DNA of 42,867 nucleotides from an uncultured archaeon (GTDB lineage Archaea; Asgardarchaeota; Thorarchaeia; Thorarchaeales; Thorarchaeaceae): NCBI GenBank assembly GCA_964473825.1, contig CAYYQL010000021.1, positions 1 to 42,867 of the forward strand, read 5' to 3'. Shown piece by piece: positions 37,445 to 42,867 of this stretch (position 1 is its first letter; each line of letters starts with the position of its first letter). The notes under the pieces were generated by a model. It saw only the letters and a program-made list of their open reading frames with translations, ran no database searches and was not told where the DNA came from. The position numbers and the translations under genes were made by a program.

Positions 37445-38464
37445 CTAGTTCTCATCCAAGAGAGTATTCCGGAGCAACTCTGCAATCTGAACAACCGCCT
37501 CTGTATCTCTCTGGATCTGTGATGGAGCAAGAAGGTATGTGGTTTCATCCGATACATCCAAATTTCTGTATCGATGTAGTACAGCAAAGGGTACGGTTTT
37601 ACCATAGTCTTGGATTAGACGCCATTCCTTTGGAAGTAAGTCCATGATCTGTTCCGCGCTTACATCGTGAGTGCCTGCGAACATCAAGAAGCGCTCAGGG
37701 ACAGCGGACGCTATACCCATGCGATATTCAAGAATGGGCCGTGAGTCGTCTTTGTGTTTCAAACTTAACCCGATGTCATGAAGAACTGGCACCCGCCCAC
37801 GCTGACCCCATTCAAGCGAAATCGAGAACTCGCTCTTGCGAAATGCAGACTCCAGTGTATTCACTCGATTCATTACATAGAACTCAAGATGATCTAGAAG
37901 GTCTGAGAGATGGGGGCCGGGTGACATAATGTGTGAATGGATCAGACCTGCTGCTGCAAGCAATGACAGAATGAAGGGGAGCGTCATCATGAGATACAGG
38001 TATTCGTCTGACACGAGCACAAAGCCAATCACAAAGATTGTATGGAACAACAACAGAAATAGCAAGATATCAGAAATATCATCCTGGTGTTCAAGCTTGC
38101 CTTCTTGTATATCCAGCTCCCATCGTTCGAAGATGCGACGGAGGTCATCTTTTGAGCCTTCATAAGACACTGTTTCTTCGGTCCTAGTCTTTGAATCGAG
38201 AAACGTAGTCCTGCTTCTCAGACGGCGGCCGGTCTTCACTCCCTGAATTATCACACAGAAACCCAAGGACACATGGACTCCCACTACAAGCACGGTAAGG
38301 TGTGGTACGGCGACATGAACAGACAATAACGTGAGAAGAATTACATAGATGATTGAGCCAATGGAGATCAACACGAGATATAGAACCAGTTCATAAAGGA
38401 CACTCCGTCGATCCACTATTCGGGTCCGGCTAATGAGGACATCTAACTCAATCAGAGGATTCAC
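37445..38464 (-). CDS. Hypothetical membrane protein (4 TM plus soluble C-terminal domain)
   Basis: Two pairs of hydrophobic helices; TTTATA 26 nt upstream of the start. Confidence 0.7.
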   Translation of the reverse strand: MNPLIELDVLISRTRIVDRRSVLYELVLYLVLISIGSIIYVILLTLLSVHVAVPHLTVLVVGVHVSLGFCVIIQGVKTGRRLRSRTTFLDSKTRTEETVSYEGSKDDLRRIFERWELDIQEGKLEHQDDISDILLFLLLFHTIFVIGFVLVSDEYLYLMMTLPFILSLLAAAGLIHSHIMSPGPHLSDLLDHLEFYVMNRVNTLESAFRKSEFSISLEWGQRGRVPVLHDIGLSLKHKDDSRPILEYRMGIASAVPERFLMFAGTHDVSAEQIMDLLPKEWRLIQDYGKTVPFAVLHRYRNLDVSDETTYLLAPSQIQRDTEAVVQIAELLRNTLLDEN

Positions 38465-38626
38465 AACCTAAATGCAAACAAGATTCTTCTATAAAGGTAT
38501 GATGTCAACAGCGGGCTGAATGCCGATTGTGACCTAATTCACAACAGTGAGTTTCGTTGGGAACCCCCAATTTGACCAATGATTTGAACGAAAAATCTGT
38601 TGATTCGGCTTCGGGACTGTGGACCA

Positions 38627-40348
38627 ATGTACGAGACTGCGCTCTATGCCTCACTAGTCACTATGCTGGTTGCAGTCTATTTCGCATATCAGGCATATTC
38701 GTATAGAGACCGTGTTGAAGTCAGTGCGTTGCTGTTCTGCCTTTGTGTTTCAATTAGGCTTCTTGCACTCTATTTCTTTTTCAACACACCCGAAACCACG
38801 CTTATGAGTAGAATAGCAAGGTCGGTGGACTATCTGGTCTCTGCACCCCTCATTCCATTAGGACTCAAAATGGTCCAGTCTAATATTGCTGCGAGAGTAG
38901 GTAAGACGAATCAAATAGTCGACAGAGCTGCCAACCTCATTCCGATGATCCTTTTGCCTGGGGCAGCAGCAGCGGTGTTCTTTCTGAGTGTGGAAGCAGT
39001 GAGGCAACTGCTCGTTGTTTTCGGAGTCAGTATCATAACGGTCCTCTTCGCCGCGTATATCACGCTCATAATCACAAATCCGTTTCGCATAGAGAAGCCA
39101 GAATACAGCCGAGGTGCACGTCTTGTCTTCCTAGGATTCCTTGCCATGTATCTGGGAGAAGCCATTGGAGCAGGTCTGTTCAGGCTTGTCGAGATTGGCC
39201 TGATCAATATGGCCTTTGCCGTTCTGCTGATTGCGGCTGGTGTTATCATCCTGAGGACTCCAACCTTTGCAAGCCTGTATACCCGCTTTGGAGTCGGCTT
39301 CATCTTGATCTATGGGCGTAACGAAATAGAGATGACAAATCTAGGTGGCGAGATAGAAGAAAGGCATGAAAGAGGGAGGGGTATGAGGCTTGCAGAGATT
39401 GTTCTGGCTCATATGGGAGATGCGGTTGACAAAGTCTTCAGTACGGGCATGGAGGTAACCCTCCCATATACCAACCTGCCTGTCTTGGATCCAACCAATC
39501 TCTATCAGATCGACATTGTCCCTCATCAGACCAGTAGCAAGGGGATACCCTTCTCTGTTCTAATCCTCCTGAATGATGTCACATCGACAGTCAGAAACAA
39601 AGAGGCGGAGCAACTAGCTTCGCTCTTAGACGATGTGCTTGAAGAGAGAGATCGAGCCGAACTGTACCTCGACCTCCTTGGACATGACATCTCCAATCTC
39701 TTGCAGAGTATGCTACTCGGAGTGGAGCTCACTCTAGAGAACCCTGATGACAAGGGAATGCTGTTTGATTCGATGGAGATGACGAAGGAGCAGATTGACC
39801 GTGCTGTTGAGTTAGTAAGAGATGTGAAACTCATGGCAGAAGCCAGAAAGATCATTCCCAATGCAAGACCTGTTTCGGTGACTACCATACTTAAACAGGC
39901 TGTTGCTGAAGTGCAGACCAAATTTCCGGAGAAACAGGTCTCGGTCGAACTAAGCTTTCACGAGGGTTCCGACGCAGTACTTGCAGAGAGAATGGTGTTT
40001 CATTGCTTTTCCAGCATATTGAGGCATTGCATCTGGACCCAAGACGATGAAAAACCAGTGATATCAGTTAGGACAAGCATTGTGGGCAATCAACTCCAGA
40101 TTCGCATCGATTCCAATGGACAAGGTATTCCCGATGCCATCAAGCCGAAGTTGTTCGATTGGAGAGTCCGCTCGAATCTACCTAGTGCAGGAGTGGGATT
40201 ACCTCTCGCAAAGGCATTGGCTAAAAGATATCATGGCAGTCTTGAGATCAAAGACCGCGTAGAGGGAGACTACACGCAAGGGCCACGCTTCGTAGTGTAT
40301 CTCCCACTTGCCAAGGAGAACCTGAGTAGGCTTGAATCTCCAACCTAG
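38627..40348 (+). CDS. Membrane sensor histidine kinase-like protein (about 7 TM, PAS-like region, HisKA, degenerate HATPase)
   Basis: H-box LLGHDISNLLQ, NGQGIP, GVGL and DRVEGD...G.RFVVYLP. Confidence 0.88.
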   Translation: MYETALYASLVTMLVAVYFAYQAYSYRDRVEVSALLFCLCVSIRLLALYFFFNTPETTLMSRIARSVDYLVSAPLIPLGLKMVQSNIAARVGKTNQIVDRAANLIPMILLPGAAAAVFFLSVEAVRQLLVVFGVSIITVLFAAYITLIITNPFRIEKPEYSRGARLVFLGFLAMYLGEAIGAGLFRLVEIGLINMAFAVLLIAAGVIILRTPTFASLYTRFGVGFILIYGRNEIEMTNLGGEIEERHERGRGMRLAEIVLAHMGDAVDKVFSTGMEVTLPYTNLPVLDPTNLYQIDIVPHQTSSKGIPFSVLILLNDVTSTVRNKEAEQLASLLDDVLEERDRAELYLDLLGHDISNLLQSMLLGVELTLENPDDKGMLFDSMEMTKEQIDRAVELVRDVKLMAEARKIIPNARPVSVTTILKQAVAEVQTKFPEKQVSVELSFHEGSDAVLAERMVFHCFSSILRHCIWTQDDEKPVISVRTSIVGNQLQIRIDSNGQGIPDAIKPKLFDWRVRSNLPSAGVGLPLAKALAKRYHGSLEIKDRVEGDYTQGPRFVVYLPLAKENLSRLESPT

Positions 40349-40743
40349 TCTATGAAGTAGATGTCACCGCGGCTCTCATGTGCTACAACCTGAATGTGCA
40401 TCCCATCCTCTAAGACATCTGTTGCGTCATCGACCTTGACCACGCATATCGCCTCTCGGACAAATGCAACAGACGCTAGCTCACCCATCATCGCTCCGAA
40501 CTCACATATTGCCGCAGAAACTTTGCTAAAGAGAGCATCGATGATTCCCGGATCCGACTCCAAGTGTTCTTGTAAGGCTGAGGCAAGAACTGCAATCTCT
40601 CGCGAGCTCCATTCTCGGCTCAGTTCATCTGGAGTGCAGATGACTACTACCTCCCCATCAACAGAACCACTCTCGGCCACTGACTCACCTCTGAGGATTG
40701 GAAAGAGGGGTTGCTCATTCTCTGTATCATGATCATCTGGCAT
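40345..40743 (-). CDS. Stand-alone PEP-utilising enzyme mobile (swivelling His) domain, His apparently absent
   Basis: LRG....GSV.GEV.V, AAICEFGAMMGELASVA and CVV.VDDAT..L.DG..I.V pattern. Confidence 0.7.
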   Translation of the reverse strand: MPDDHDTENEQPLFPILRGESVAESGSVDGEVVVICTPDELSREWSSREIAVLASALQEHLESDPGIIDALFSKVSAAICEFGAMMGELASVAFVREAICVVKVDDATDVLEDGMHIQVVAHESRGDIYFID

Positions 40744-40887
40744 TTGACAATCTGCCCCTTGGGTTTCTAAGGCTCATTGTATCACCTCACAACTTTTAAC
40801 ACTTCGGGGGGTCTTAGGTAATATCATTGGGCAGTCAAAAACATCAGACTCGTGGTGTTTTAGCGCCTAGAAGGTGTGGTTCGATTT

Positions 40888-41409
40888 ATGACAGTCTATG
40901 AGTTCGAAGGCAGAGTGCCTGTGCTAGGGAGAGACACGTATGTCAGCCCCTCTGCTTCTGTAGTGGGTGACGTGTTGATAGGTGACAGATGTTTTGTCGC
41001 ACCTGGTGCTGTTGTGAAAGGCGATTACGGAAGAATAGTCATCGGTAATGGCACAAGTGTACAGGACAACGTGGTCATCCATGCAAGACCGGACGAAGAA
41101 ACGAAGATAGGTGATGAGGTCACACTAGGTCATGGTTGCATTATTCACAATGCAACAGTAGAGAACCATGCAGTCATCGGAATGGGAGCGATTGTTTCGG
41201 ACTATGCAACGGTGAGAGAGAATGCCGTAGTAGGAGAAGGCGCAGTTGTGAAGGCTCGTTTCGAAGTCCCCGTGGGGATGGTTGTTGTTGGTGTCCCTGC
41301 CAAGGTCATTGGACCTGTCAAAGAGAGTCAGAGGGAAGAACTCACGCGATTCAAGAGAATCTATCAAGACCTAGCCAGAAGATATCCTAGCGGGCTGAAG
41401 AAGCTGTAA
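40888..41409 (+). CDS. Gamma-class carbonic anhydrase/PaaY-like hexapeptide-repeat protein
   Basis: KGD, VQDNVVIH and LGHGCIIH (three Zn-binding His), IGMGA and GVPAK. Confidence 0.92.
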   Translation: MTVYEFEGRVPVLGRDTYVSPSASVVGDVLIGDRCFVAPGAVVKGDYGRIVIGNGTSVQDNVVIHARPDEETKIGDEVTLGHGCIIHNATVENHAVIGMGAIVSDYATVRENAVVGEGAVVKARFEVPVGMVVVGVPAKVIGPVKESQREELTRFKRIYQDLARRYPSGLKKL

Positions 41410-41444
41410 GACAGAAGCCTATGCAATGACTTCCTTTCTGAAGA

Positions 41445-42209
41445 TCACACCAAAGATATCATGGTGTCGCGGTTGAAGCGTTTCAATGCCAAGAACCACG
41501 TAACTGCAGCCAAGACTATAGCGATCAGCACTGTCACAATGTTCGAAAACCAGACCACTTCCGGGTCAATGGCTTCTCCTGATATGAACATGAGAGGCAG
41601 AAACATTGGAATCATGAAAACGAGCGCAGCCAGCCCACCTGTCTGATATGCCTCGTAGACCCTCTTAACTCGGCCACTTATGAGAATCATGACTGAAACC
41701 ACTGCCAAGAGGATAATCGGCCCTCCGACGGCGATGAGAAACAATCCTGGTAGGTCAGGAAATATGACTATTGGAGCCTGAAACACAAGAGATAATGTAA
41801 TCAGACCAACTGAAGATAGAACGGTTCCACCCCAGAGGATTGCCAGAGAGGGCACCAAGGAGCTAAGAGTCTTACCCCAAATGAGTTCGCTATCCGTTAA
41901 AGGTGTGCAGAGAAGGGGTTCTAATGTGTTCTGCTCGCGCTCACCCACTAGCGCATTTGCCGCGATAAGGGTTGCGGGAATTGCAGCCATAAGAGCGATC
42001 ATACTGGATGCCATGGGTATCATGAGGTCGAATGCAACTGAGTAGCCGGGATCCTCGGGAGGTATCAGCACAACCATTGACCCCAACATCGCAATAACAA
42101 AAATAGGGCCTAAAAACACCGCAGCCACGATGAAGTATTTCATCCAACTGACCTTGAGTGCGTTTCGCAGGTCAGTCACAGCAACAACGATGGACTTACT
42201 ACGAGCCAT
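41445..42209 (-). CDS. ABC-2 type exporter permease
   Basis: VGEREQNTLEPLLCTPL..ELIWGK motif and six TMs. Confidence 0.9.
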   Translation of the reverse strand: MARSKSIVVAVTDLRNALKVSWMKYFIVAAVFLGPIFVIAMLGSMVVLIPPEDPGYSVAFDLMIPMASSMIALMAAIPATLIAANALVGEREQNTLEPLLCTPLTDSELIWGKTLSSLVPSLAILWGGTVLSSVGLITLSLVFQAPIVIFPDLPGLFLIAVGGPIILLAVVSVMILISGRVKRVYEAYQTGGLAALVFMIPMFLPLMFISGEAIDPEVVWFSNIVTVLIAIVLAAVTWFLALKRFNRDTMISLV

Positions 42210-42867
42210 CAGCGATCGCCTCCATTCACTGTCTGAAGATAGACATCCTCCAGTGTGGTTTCCTCTTCTGCAAACTCGATGAGTCTGAAACCGGCATCAA
42301 GAAGGGTTTTCATCAGATGGGTGTTATTCTCATAGGGCGAGTTGATTCTTGCCACCAATGCATCAGCCTCGATGGTCACCTCTTCAACGTAGTCAGCTTG
42401 TTTGACGATTCTCTCCGCCTCTTCGATATTCTCAACAACCCTGATTCTGTACTTCTGCTGAGCCGCTAGCCTATCTCTTAGCTCCCGAGTCTCACCTGAG
42501 AGCAGCACTCGTCCCTCGTCGATGATAGCTATCTTGTCACAGATTCGCTGCACCTCTGCGAGGTTGTGGCTGTTGATAAAGAACGTCTGGCCATATTTCT
42601 GGGAAAGAGTCAGGATGAGTTCACGAACTCTCTTCGAGGCTATGGGATCAAGCGCCGATGTAGGTTCATCCAGCAACAGAACGGCAGGTCTGTGCAACAG
42701 AGCTCGACTGAGTGCAAGCCGCTGCCTGTTCCCACTGCTCAGCTCCCCTGCAAGGTCGTTTCGCCGTTCCCAGAGATCCATGAATCGTAATAGCTCTTCA
42801 GTGCGCTCCTGCATCTCAGGCTCTTCAACTCCGTACAGCTTGGCGAAATACTGGAGATTCTCCTGTG
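42209..42867 (-). CDS. ABC exporter ATP-binding protein (5' end outside the window)
   Basis: ENLQYFAKLYG, LSSGNRQR, LLLDEPT and SH; the stop overlaps the permease ATG (TGATG). Confidence 0.92.
   Translation of the reverse strand, partial: QENLQYFAKLYGVEEPEMQERTEELLRFMDLWERRNDLAGELSSGNRQRLALSRALLHRPAVLLLDEPTSALDPIASKRVRELILTLSQKYGQTFFINSHNLAEVQRICDKIAIIDEGRVLLSGETRELRDRLAAQQKYRIRVVENIEEAERIVKQADYVEEVTIEADALVARINSPYENNTHLMKTLLDAGFRLIEFAEEETTLEDVYLQTVNGGDR

Noticed and set aside
1-42867. tRNA, rRNA, transposases, integrases or prophage genes
   Set aside because: None recognised by eye; a covariance-model scan would be needed to exclude atypical RNAs.

Overview
A gene-dense archaeal chromosomal window of about 40 CDS. 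Evidence for an archaeal host: TATA-like boxes ~25-35 nt before several starts, GGAGG/GGTGA ribosome-binding sites, and a Mre11/Rad50-type pair. The overall gene content suggests an anaerobic, peptide-utilising Asgard (Thorarchaeia-like) organism; this is inference only. Main content: an oligopeptide ABC system (oppBCDF with a divergent oppA, plus two extra Opp-type ATPases), Fe-S proteins, a surface metallophosphoesterase, ADP-ribosylglycohydrolase, MobB, a rhodanese, a flavodiiron protein with rubrerythrin, a gamma-carbonic anhydrase-like protein and an ABC-2 exporter. The most unusual items: (1) an Mre11 paired with a 428-aa Rad50/SbcC-like ATPase that has very short coiled coils and no zinc hook; (2) two divergent knotted-type (YgeW/AOTCase-like) transcarbamylases flanking an acylphosphatase; (3) a protein with Vps62/NPP1-like motifs; (4) a histidine kinase with degenerate ATP-binding boxes abutting a stand-alone PEP-utiliser mobile domain with Glu at the His position; (5) a lamin-tail-domain/HEXXH-peptidase surface protein; (6) a CorA/RMD1-like membrane protein coupled to a glutamine amidotransferase; (7) a doubly disrupted flavodoxin gene. 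No rRNA, tRNA, CRISPR array or transposase was recognised. All family calls come from motif recognition by eye; no database searches were run.
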